From Micrococcus luteus NCTC 2665 (GTDB lineage Bacteria > Actinomycetota > Actinomycetes > Actinomycetales > Micrococcaceae), in NCBI RefSeq assembly GCF_000023205.1, contig NC_012803.1, forward strand, positions 2,400,001 through 2,432,000: a DNA stretch of 32,000 nucleotides, in the 5' to 3' direction. The notes below the pieces were generated by a model. The model did not search any database. It saw only the letters and a list, made by a program, of their open reading frames with translations, and was not told the origin of the DNA. The position numbers and the translations under genes are program-made. Positions 7,832-14,989 of this stretch are shown piece after piece (position 1 is the stretch's first letter; every line of letters starts with the position of its first letter).

Positions 7832-8692
7832 ATGCCCGCGCACCCCTCCCCCACCGGCCGCACCGTCCACCTCTCCGCCTCCGGGGAGGACGCCCGGATC
7901 GCTCCGGACGAGCTCGGCGGTCTCATCCTGGAGATCGGGGGCGCGGTGCAGTCCCACGTGGACCAGGCCGATCCCACGGCCGTCCGGTACGAGTACCTGC
8001 GGCGGGTGGCCAACGTGCTCGACGGCGTCGCCCCGGCGGGCGCGCCCCTGCGGGTCCTGCACCTGGGCGCCGGGGCGCTGACCCTGCCGCGGTACGTGCA
8101 GGCCACGCGCCCCGGCTCGGAGCAGACGGCCGTGGACCTGGACCGTGAGCTCGTCTCCTTCGTCCTCGCCGAGCTGCCCCTGCCGGCCGGCACGGACCTG
8201 GTCTCGGTGGTGGCGGACGCCCGCCTCGCCGCCGTCGACCTGCTGATGGACGGGGAGCGCTTCGACGCCGTCGTGCTGGACATCGGCACCGGCGAGGACG
8301 GGGCCGCGCATCTGCGGGGCGCCGAGTTCTACGGGGAGCTGCTCGGCCTGCTGACCGAGGCGGGGGTGCTGCTGGTGAACATCGGCGACGACGACGGCCT
8401 GCGCTTCCTCGGCCGCGAGCTGCGGGAGATGGAGGCGGCGTGCGCCGAGGCGGACGTGCCCGGGCCGTGGACGCTGGCGTCCACCGCGATGCTCGAGCGG
8501 CTCGAGCTCGGCAATGCGGTCCTCGCCGCCGGGCCCGCCCTGCGCGGCGGCCCAGTCGGCGACGCCCGGAGCGATGCCGACGACGCCGGCCCGCTCACCC
8601 CCGCCGCCCTGCTCGCCCGGGGCCCGCACCCCGGCGCCGTGCTGGACGAGGCCGAGTCGGCCGCGCTGGCACGGCGGACCACCGGCCGCTGA
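7832..8692 (+). CDS. Spermidine synthase-like SAM-dependent methyltransferase-fold protein
   Basis: Track ORF 7832..8692. SAM-binding-like VLHLGAGALTLPRY, acidic loop AVDLD, FDAVVLD. GAGGGGTGGG lies upstream of the ATG. Confidence 0.65.
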   Translation: MPAHPSPTGRTVHLSASGEDARIAPDELGGLILEIGGAVQSHVDQADPTAVRYEYLRRVANVLDGVAPAGAPLRVLHLGAGALTLPRYVQATRPGSEQTAVDLDRELVSFVLAELPLPAGTDLVSVVADARLAAVDLLMDGERFDAVVLDIGTGEDGAAHLRGAEFYGELLGLLTEAGVLLVNIGDDDGLRFLGRELREMEAACAEADVPGPWTLASTAMLERLELGNAVLAAGPALRGGPVGDARSDADDAGPLTPAALLARGPHPGAVLDEAESAALARRTTGR

Positions 8693-8754
8693 GCCGCGCT
8701 GTGCCCGCCGTGAAACCCCGGGCGCGGCGCCGTCGTCGTGCCTAGGGTGGGGAC

Positions 8755-8943
8755 ATGGACCGCCAGGACACCCAGGACACCCTCGCGGGGGCCCGGCCCA
8801 CGGACCACGCCGCCCTCGCCGCGGACGCGCCCGCCGAGACCGCGCCCGCCCCCGCGGAGGCGCCGCCCGCCTTCACCTTCCTCACCGCCGACCCCGCCAC
8901 GGGCGGGGACGCGGCCGCCTGCCGACTGGACGGGACCTGCTGA
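8755..8943 (+). CDS. Small hypothetical protein (62 aa) ending in C-x5-C, translationally coupled to the downstream DsbA-like gene
   Basis: Track ORF 8755..8943. GGGTGGGGA lies before the ATG. Every codon but one ends in G/C, consistent with coding in this genome. The stop TGA shares its A with the ATG of the next gene (TGCTGATGAGC). I recognise no family. Confidence 0.45.
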   Translation: MDRQDTQDTLAGARPTDHAALAADAPAETAPAPAEAPPAFTFLTADPATGGDAAACRLDGTC

Positions 8944-9626
8944 TGAGCCTCTTCGAGACCGCCGACGACCGCGTGAGCGTGGACGTCTGGAGCGACGTCA
9001 TGTGCCCCTTCTGCCTGATCGGCGACCGCCTGCTCGACCAGGCCGCCGCCCGGGCCGACCACCCTGTGCAGGTGCGCTACCACTCGTACCAGCTGCAGCC
9101 GGACCTGCCCGCGGACCGCACCCGCCCCGTGCTGGACATGCTCGTGGACGCCAAGCGCATGCCCCGCGAGCAGGTCGAGGAGATGGACCGGCAGATCACC
9201 GCGCGCGGCGCCGAGGTGGGCGTGGAGTTCCGCCAGGACATCGCCCTGGCCGTGAACACCCGCGACGCCCACCGCCTCAGCCACGTGGCCGGGGACCAGG
9301 GGCTGCAGCACGCGATGATGCAGCGCCTGTTCCGCGCCTACTTCACGCAGGGGCGCAACGTGGCCGACCACGAGGTGCTCGCGGACCTGGCCGCCGAGGT
9401 CGGCCTGGGCCGCCAGGCCGCGCTGGACGCGCTCGCCTCGGACGCGCACGCGGACACGGTGGACGCGGACGTGGCGGCCGCACGTCGCCTGGGGATCGGC
9501 GGCGTGCCGTTCTTCGTGGTGGACGGGAAGTACGCGATCTCCGGCGCCCAGCCGCTCGAGGTGTTCGAGCGGGCCCTGGCCGCCGCGTGGGCGGACAAGG
9601 ACGACGCCGGCCCGCCTGCGGGCTGA
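8943..9626 (+). CDS. DsbA family (FrnE/HCCA-isomerase-like) thiol:disulfide oxidoreductase
   Basis: In-frame ATG at 8943 within track ORF 8514..9626. MSLFETADDRVSVDVWSDVMCPFCLIG places the CPFC active site at the position usual for this family. C-terminal ...GIGGVPFFVVDGKYAISGAQP. Confidence 0.88.
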   Translation: MSLFETADDRVSVDVWSDVMCPFCLIGDRLLDQAAARADHPVQVRYHSYQLQPDLPADRTRPVLDMLVDAKRMPREQVEEMDRQITARGAEVGVEFRQDIALAVNTRDAHRLSHVAGDQGLQHAMMQRLFRAYFTQGRNVADHEVLADLAAEVGLGRQAALDALASDAHADTVDADVAAARRLGIGGVPFFVVDGKYAISGAQPLEVFERALAAAWADKDDAGPPAG

Positions 9627-9692
9627 GTCAGGCGCAGGCCGGCCCGCGGGCTGAGTCAGGCGCAGGCCGGCCCGCGGGCTGAGTCAGGCGCG
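9618..9692. repeat. 28-bp tandem direct repeat, about 2.7 copies (GCGGGCTGAGTCAGGCGCAGGCCGGCCC), spanning the stop-to-stop junction of two convergent genes
   Basis: Copies at 9618-9645 and 9646-9673 are identical. A partial third copy at 9674-9692 runs into the 3' end of the minus-strand gene. Each unit contains CTGAGTCAG, that is TGA on both strands. Confidence 0.9.
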
Positions 9693-10382
9693 GTCCTGCG
9701 ACGTGCAGATGCAGGACCGGTTGCCGTCGACGTCCTCGACCACCCAGAACGAGGGCGCCGCGGCGTCGCTGACGAGCCGCCCGCCGGCGTCGAGGGCGGC
9801 CCGCAGGCGCGCCTCGGCCTCCTCGGGGGCCACCCACACGTCGAAGTGCCAGCGCTGCTCCACCTCCGGCCCGGGCAGCGGCGCCTCGCCCGCCGAGCCC
9901 TCCGCGGCGGGGCCCTGCCACCAGAGGGTCGGGGCCTGCAGGCTGGGGTCGGCGACCTCGCCCTCGTGCATGACCCGCGCCCCGAGCAGGGCGGCGTAGA
10001 ACCGGGCGTGCTCCTCGCCGCGGGCGGTGTCCAGGCCGATCTCCACGCGGGAGAGGCCGCCGGGGTCGGCGCGGATGCCCAGCTCCTCGGCGAGGGCGCT
10101 GACGCGGCGGGCCAGGCGCACGTCGCGCGAGGTCACCCCGCCGACGTCGTGGCTGGAGAGCGTGAGGAGCACGTCGCCGTAGGTGAGGGTGGTCTCGGGG
10201 TGGTGGTCCGCGGCCTCGGCGGCGGCCCCGATGCGGGCGACGAACTCCAACCCGGTGGCGTAGTCCGCGGGGACGAAGCGGGCGTGCAGGCGGCCGGCGA
10301 GCAGCCGCCAGTCGGCGAGCTCCTCCGCGGCGACCTCGGGGGTGGACAGGCGACGGCGGGGGTCCGGTGCGTTCTCACTCAT
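9684..10382 (-). CDS. Fusion protein: N-terminal 4a-hydroxytetrahydrobiopterin dehydratase (PCD/DCoH) domain plus C-terminal VOC/glyoxalase-like domain
   Basis: Track ORF 9684..10382. Exact PCD signature spacing DHHP-x5-Y-x9-H-x8-D (ADHHPETTLTYGDVLLTLSSHDVGGVTSRD). The C-terminal half has a glyoxalase-like pattern (FYAALLGA...QRWHFDVWV...WVVEDVDGN). Confidence 0.8.
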   Translation of the reverse strand: MSENAPDPRRRLSTPEVAAEELADWRLLAGRLHARFVPADYATGLEFVARIGAAAEAADHHPETTLTYGDVLLTLSSHDVGGVTSRDVRLARRVSALAEELGIRADPGGLSRVEIGLDTARGEEHARFYAALLGARVMHEGEVADPSLQAPTLWWQGPAAEGSAGEAPLPGPEVEQRWHFDVWVAPEEAEARLRAALDAGGRLVSDAAAPSFWVVEDVDGNRSCICTSQDRA

Positions 10383-10435
10383 GCGGCCACTCTCCAGCGC
10401 CGCGCCCGCCGCGGCAAGGGGCCTACGGTGGAGCC

Positions 10436-10894
10436 ATGACCCACCGTGCGGACCCTCCCGCCCCCGCCGCGCCGCGGGCGGGCCGACGTCGTGCGCTCGT
10501 GGCGGCCGCCGCCGTCGTGGTGCTGCTGACCGGGCTGGGGGTGCGCCTGCTGCTCACGGGGGCGTGGACCGGCCCCACGGGCGACGTGCTCTACGCCGTG
10601 CTCGTCCACCTGGGGATCGCGTTCCTGCTGCCGCGGCGCTCGCCGTGGACCGTGGGCGCGCTCGCCTTGGCGTTCTGCACGGCGATCGAGCTGTTCCAGC
10701 TCACCGGCCTGCCGCTGGCCTGGGCGCAGGCGTTCCCGCCGGCGCGGCTGGTGTTCGGCACCTCGTTCATGGCGGCGGACCTGGCGCTCTACGCGCTCGG
10801 CGTCGCCGGGGCGACGGCGGCGGACCTCCTCGCCGGGCGCGCCCGACGACGACGGCCGGGTCAGGCCCGGGGCACCAGCTCGTCGTCGACGTAG
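10436..10894 (+). CDS. Small integral membrane protein, DUF2809-like
   Basis: In-frame ATG at 10436 of track ORF 10367..10894. Four predicted TM segments. GDVLYAVLVHLGIAFLL and CTAIELFQL resemble my recollection of DUF2809. The 3' end overlaps the convergent MFS gene by 34 nt. Confidence 0.55.
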   Translation: MTHRADPPAPAAPRAGRRRALVAAAAVVVLLTGLGVRLLLTGAWTGPTGDVLYAVLVHLGIAFLLPRRSPWTVGALALAFCTAIELFQLTGLPLAWAQAFPPARLVFGTSFMAADLALYALGVAGATAADLLAGRARRRRPGQARGTSSSST

Positions 10895-12120
10895 ACCCGC
10901 CCGGAGACCCGCAGTCCCGCGAGCGTCATGACCACGCCGGAGCAGGCCAGCAGGACCAGCACGGTGGTCCAGCCCCCCGTCAGATCGTGCACGAGCCCCA
11001 CGAGGAACGGGCCGATCGCCGCCAGGACGTAGCCCACGGGCTGCGCGAACCCGGAGAGCCGCGCGGTGACGTGCGGGTCCCGGCTGCGCGCGGGGATCAG
11101 CGCGATCACCGTGGGGAACGCGAAGCCGCCGATCCCCAGGATCACGGCCCACAGCCACACCCCCGCGGTCGGGGCCCACAGCATCCCCAGGTAGCCCAGC
11201 GAGGTCATCGCGCCGAACAGCACCATCCACGGGGCCAGCGTCCGCGCGCGGCTGATCACCGTGGGCATCAGCAGCGCCCCCGCGATCCCGAGGCCCGCCG
11301 TGACCGCGACCGCCGCGCCGGACACGCCCGCGGGCAGGCCGGCGTCGCGCAGGATCTGCGGCACCCACGCGAACTGGACGTACGCGTTCATGGACTGCAC
11401 GCCGAACAGGAGGGTCAGCGCCAGCGCCGTCGGCGAGCGCAGCAGGCTCCCGCCGGCCCCCGCCGTCGCGCCGACCGCCGGGAAGTCGTGGCCCGTGCGT
11501 CGTGCCACGAGCGCCCACACCACCAGCGGCACCAGGGCGACCGCGCCCCACACCCCCAGGGCCCACCGCCAGCCCTCGCCGCCGTCGGGGCCCGCGGCGG
11601 CGATCGGCGCCGTGACGAGCGCCCCCGCCGACCCGCCGAGCGTGAGGAACACGCTGTAGACCGTCATCAGGGCCGTGGTCCGATGCGCCGCGTGCAGCTT
11701 GATCCACGCCGGGACCAGCACGTTGCCCAGCGCCATGCCGGACAGCGCGACCACCGTCAGCGCCAGGAACAGGCCCGCGTCCTGCACCGTGGCCCGCGCA
11801 CCCAGGCCCACGGCCATCAGCCCCGCCCCGACCGCCAGGGACGTGGACATGCCCAGCCGGGCCCCGACCCGCACCGCCGCGAAGCCCACCGCCCCGAACA
11901 CGAGCCCCGGCAGCGCCGCCAGCAGGCCCGCGAGGCTGCCGGTCAGCCCGAGCGAGCCCGAGAGCTCCTGGAGCACCGGCCCCAGCGTCGTGGCGCCGGG
12001 ACGCAGGTTGAGGGCGAGCACCAGGACGGCGGTCAGCGCGAGGGCGGACGGGACGGCCGCGCCGGCAGGCCGGCGTCGACGGGCGCGCGCGGGCCGCGGG
12101 CCGGAAGGAGTGGAGGACAC
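10861..12120 (-). CDS. MFS transporter (CynX/NimT-like subfamily)
   Basis: Track ORF 10861..12120. About 12 hydrophobic segments. The N-terminal pattern LNLRPGATTLGPVLQEL is typical of CynX-like MFS proteins. Confidence 0.85.
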   Translation of the reverse strand: MSSTPSGPRPARARRRRPAGAAVPSALALTAVLVLALNLRPGATTLGPVLQELSGSLGLTGSLAGLLAALPGLVFGAVGFAAVRVGARLGMSTSLAVGAGLMAVGLGARATVQDAGLFLALTVVALSGMALGNVLVPAWIKLHAAHRTTALMTVYSVFLTLGGSAGALVTAPIAAAGPDGGEGWRWALGVWGAVALVPLVVWALVARRTGHDFPAVGATAGAGGSLLRSPTALALTLLFGVQSMNAYVQFAWVPQILRDAGLPAGVSGAAVAVTAGLGIAGALLMPTVISRARTLAPWMVLFGAMTSLGYLGMLWAPTAGVWLWAVILGIGGFAFPTVIALIPARSRDPHVTARLSGFAQPVGYVLAAIGPFLVGLVHDLTGGWTTVLVLLACSGVVMTLAGLRVSGRVYVDDELVPRA

Positions 12121-12344
12121 CCGACAGTTCTACACCGCGCGGGGGTTGAGCCGCCGCGCGAGCGCGTGGCCCGGGGCCCGGACGGCCGCCCCCGCGCGTC
12201 GACTCCCGGGCCCGGCCCCCGTGCGCGATCCCGCCGGCGGGCGCCCGACCCTGGCCGAAGACCTGAAAATCTGAAATAGTTGATGGCAGACGTCGAGGGT
12301 GGCGGATCCCCCCGCCGCCCCGTCCCGAGCGAAGGAGTGACCCC

Positions 12345-13168
12345 ATGTAGGCATGGCAGTTCAACGGCACCGGCAAGCCCCTCGAGCTCAACGAGGTCCT
12401 GAGCCCACCCCCGGCCCCGGCGAGGTCGTGGTGGACGTGAAGGCCGCGGGCATCTGCCACTCGGACGTCTCCGCGATCGACGACGCCGGCTGGATGCCCC
12501 TCTTCCCCGAGCTCCCCCACACCATGGGCCACGAGAACGCCGGCGTGATCTCCGCCGTCGGCGAGGGCATGGACCACTGGCAGGTCGGCGACCGCGTCGG
12601 CCTGGCCCCCATGAACAGCAAGGGCGAGGCCATCGGCTACCACAGCTGGGAGGGCGGCTTCGGCCCCAAGCTCCGCGCCACCGACGACAACCTGGTGAAG
12701 CTGCCCGACGAGGTGCCCTTCGACCTGGGCGCCATGGCCACCGACGCCGGCCTGACCGCCTACCACGCCGTCGTCGCCAAGGGCGGGGTGAAGAAGGGCA
12801 TGAAGGTCGGCATCATCGGCCTGGGCGGGCTGGGCTACATCGGCGCCAAGGTGGCGTCCCTGATGGGCGCCGAAGTGTACGGCGCCGAGGTCAACCCCAA
12901 GACCCGCGAGCTCAAGGACGAGATGGGCCTGACCGCCGTCGCCGAGTCCATCCTCGAGTTCGAGGACGTGGGCCTGGAGCTGGTGGTGGACTACGCCGGC
13001 TTCGGCACCAAGGAGGACCTGGCCGGCATCTACGAGCTCATACAGCGCGGCGAGCTGAACCCGCCGATCAACCACATCACCCAGGCGGACATGCCGGACG
13101 CGATCGAGAAGCTGCGCGAGGGCGGCGTGATCGGCCGCTACATCGCGATGTACGACGACGCGAAGTGA
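12345..13168 (+). pseudogene. Zinc-type (MDR) alcohol dehydrogenase, disrupted: TAG at codon 2, a -1 frameshift near 12396-12400, and probably internal in-frame deletions
   Basis: RBS GAAGGAG (12331-12337), then ATG 12345, then TAG 12348. The same frame then reads AWQFNGTGKPLELNEV, a typical MDR N-terminus. The family-typical continuation PEPTPGPGEVVVDVKAAGICHSD...GHENAGV...GLGGLG is in the frame of track ORF 12353..13168. One missing C in GTC-C(C)T-GAG explains the shift. The reconstructed length is about 274 aa, against about 330-350 for the family. Confidence 0.75.
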
Positions 13169-13180
13169 CGCCCATGCGAT

Positions 13181-13234
13181 GAGTCCCGCACAGTTGGGGT
13201 TATCGACTCGGATAACCCCAACTGTGCGGGACTC
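13181..13234. repeat. Palindromic element family 1, copy 1: perfect 24-bp stem, 6-nt loop (GACTCG)
   Basis: GAGTCCCGCACAGTTGGGGTTATC (13181-13204) and GATAACCCCAACTGTGCGGGACTC (13211-13234) are exact reverse complements. It lies between the convergent ADH pseudogene (stop 13168) and the DJ-1 gene (stop 13263). Confidence 0.95.
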
Positions 13235-13262
13235 GTCGTGTGAACGTGGGGTTCGGGGCGGC

Positions 13263-13961
13263 TCAGCCGAGGTCCGCGATGAGCCGCTGGGCCAGCTCCG
13301 CGGAGGAGGCGGGGTTCTGGCCGGTGTAGACCGTACCGTCCACCACGACCTTCGGGGCCATGGGCTCGTCCGCCTTCTCGTACACGACGCCGGCCTCCTT
13401 CAGCTCCGTCTCGAGCAGCCACTTCGCCTGGTCGGCGAGGCCGCCGGCGCGCTCCTCCTCGTCGGAGTAGGCGGTCATGCGGCGGCCGGCGAACACGTTG
13501 GCGCCGTCGGCGTCCTTCGCGGCGAGCACGGCGGCGGGGGCGTGGCAGAGCAGGGCGACCGGCGCGTCGGCGGTGACGCGGCGGGCCAGCAGCGCGCCGG
13601 AGACGGGGTCCTCGGCGAGGTCCTCCATGGGGCCGTGGCCGCCGGGGTAGAAGACGACGTCGAACTCGCGGTCGTCCACGTCCTCGAGCCGCAGCGGGGC
13701 CGCGAGCTCGGTGCGGATGGACTCGAGGTAGGCCTCCAGCTCGCGCCGGTCCTCGTCGGAGCCGGCGGCCTCGCCGAGGCTCACCTGGTCCACGGTCGGG
13801 GGCACGCCGCCCGGCGTCGCGATCACGATCTCCCAGCCGGCCTCGCGGAACAGCCGGTGCGGCGTCGCCAGCTCCTCCGCCCAGAAGCCGGTGGGGTGGG
13901 TGGTTCCGTCCTGGAGGGTCCACGCGTCGGCCGCGGAGACCACGAAGAGCACTGAGGTCAT
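13263..13961 (-). CDS. DJ-1/PfpI (type 1 glutamine amidotransferase-like) family protein
   Basis: Track ORF 13263..14012, trimmed to the ATG at 13961 (MTSVLFVVSAADAW...), with GAGGG upstream. Nucleophile-elbow context ALLCHAP. FYPGGHG and TGQNPASS are typical of this family. Confidence 0.85.
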   Translation of the reverse strand: MTSVLFVVSAADAWTLQDGTTHPTGFWAEELATPHRLFREAGWEIVIATPGGVPPTVDQVSLGEAAGSDEDRRELEAYLESIRTELAAPLRLEDVDDREFDVVFYPGGHGPMEDLAEDPVSGALLARRVTADAPVALLCHAPAAVLAAKDADGANVFAGRRMTAYSDEEERAGGLADQAKWLLETELKEAGVVYEKADEPMAPKVVVDGTVYTGQNPASSAELAQRLIADLG

Positions 13962-14017
13962 GCCCTCGACGCTACGCGCGCGGCCCCGGCTCGTCCCAGG
14001 GCTCGGCGCCACGCGAC

Positions 14018-14071
14018 GAGTCCCGCACAGTTGGGGTTATCCGCGCGGATAACCCCAACTGTGCGGGACTC
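14018..14071. repeat. Palindromic element family 1, copy 2: identical 24-bp arms, different 6-nt loop (CGCGCG)
   Basis: GAGTCCCGCACAGTTGGGGTTATC (14018-14041) and GATAACCCCAACTGTGCGGGACTC (14048-14071). The arms are 24/24 identical to copy 1. It lies between the DJ-1 start (13961) and the stop of the next minus-strand gene (14148). Confidence 0.95.
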
Positions 14072-14147
14072 GTTCATCTCCGGGGGGAGGGAGAGGGAGC
14101 GGCCGGGCGTCGTCGAAGGCCACCTGACGGCGACGCCCAGCCGTCCC

Positions 14148-14732
14148 TCAGATCGTGGCGGACCGGCGGGCGGCCGCGGTCAGCGCGGCGAGCCGCTCAC
14201 GCAGGTGCGCGGAGGGGGCGGCGACGCCGTCCAGGGCCAGGGCGGGGGCGAGGTCTGCGTTCACCTGGTCGGCGACGTCGGCCAGGACCGAGGCGTCCTG
14301 CGTGGCCCAGGCGCGGAGGGTGAGGTGGGCGCGCATCCAGGCGGTCAGCGCGTCCTCGGACTCCGGGGTCAGGGTGAAGCCGGCGCCGGCGGCGCCGGGG
14401 CTGGTGCGCTCGACGTCGAGGGAGAGCTCGTCCGCGAGCAGCGCGGCGAGCGCCTGGCGCAGCGGGGAGACGGCGGTGCGGCCGGACTGGAAGGCGGCGC
14501 GGACGTCGCGGGCGCGCAGGCCGTGGGGGGCCACGGCGACGGCGAGCAGGCCGGTGTCCTCGGCCTCGACGCCGAGCCGGGCGCGGGCGGACTCCTCCGC
14601 CACGACGGCGACGATGCCGGGGACCTCCGGGGCCTCGGCGAGGAACTGCGCGTAGGGCACGCCGGGCATGGCGGCCAGCACGGCGGTGGCTTCGGCGGTG
14701 AGGGACTGGGTCTCAGCGGCGGTGATGGTCAT
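14148..14732 (-). CDS. Hypothetical protein (194 aa); tentative resemblance to the actinobacterial GIY-YIG-like family but with degenerate motifs
   Basis: Track ORF 14148..14897, trimmed to the ATG at 14732 (MTITAAETQ...). High GC3. PGIVAVV...LLAVAVAPHGLRARDV...SPLRQALAALLADEL...LTAWMRAHLTLRAW recalls the layout of proteins annotated as GIY-YIG nuclease family in actinomycetes. That is recollection only, and the Tyr residues of GIY and YIG are absent. Confidence 0.5.
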   Translation of the reverse strand: MTITAAETQSLTAEATAVLAAMPGVPYAQFLAEAPEVPGIVAVVAEESARARLGVEAEDTGLLAVAVAPHGLRARDVRAAFQSGRTAVSPLRQALAALLADELSLDVERTSPGAAGAGFTLTPESEDALTAWMRAHLTLRAWATQDASVLADVADQVNADLAPALALDGVAAPSAHLRERLAALTAAARRSATI

Positions 14733-14837
14733 GCACCCCAGAGTGAACCGGCGTTCACCGAGTCGACCAAGCACGTCCACTAAATGAGATATGCGTCCGC
14801 ACTCCGAGACGACCGACCGGGGCGACGCCGTCGGGAA

Positions 14838-14887
14838 GGCGACACGACGACGGCGCGGCAACGGGGGCGACACGACGACGGCGCGGC
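14838..14887 (+). repeat. 22-bp perfect direct repeat (GGCGACACGACGACGGCGCGGC) x2 with 28-bp period, upstream of the FAD-Rieske gene
   Basis: Copies at 14838-14859 and 14866-14887 are identical. They lie in the 257-bp divergent intergenic region, 100-150 bp upstream of the ATG at 14990. Confidence 0.9.
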
Positions 14888-14989
14888 GCGGCCGCACGGC
14901 ATGGACGCGGCACCCCGCCAGGGCCCACGCTGGATGGGACGGCCCCGCGGGGGACAGCCCTCGCGCCTCGCACGAGCACGGAGACCCCC

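Noticed and set aside
13181-14071. Family-1 hairpins as integron attC sites bracketing a gene cassette
   Set aside because: The stems are perfect, with no extrahelical bases. I could not fit the RYYYAAC/GTTRRRY core sites. No IntI-type integrase, attI or Pc promoter is in the window. The enclosed gene also has its own RBS and upstream region.
14072-14100. G-rich tract GGGGGGAGGGAGAGGGAG as a G-quadruplex element
   Set aside because: Purine-rich or G-rich runs are expected by chance in DNA this GC-rich. The tract lacks four clearly separated G3 runs with loops. It has no positional conservation that I can assess.
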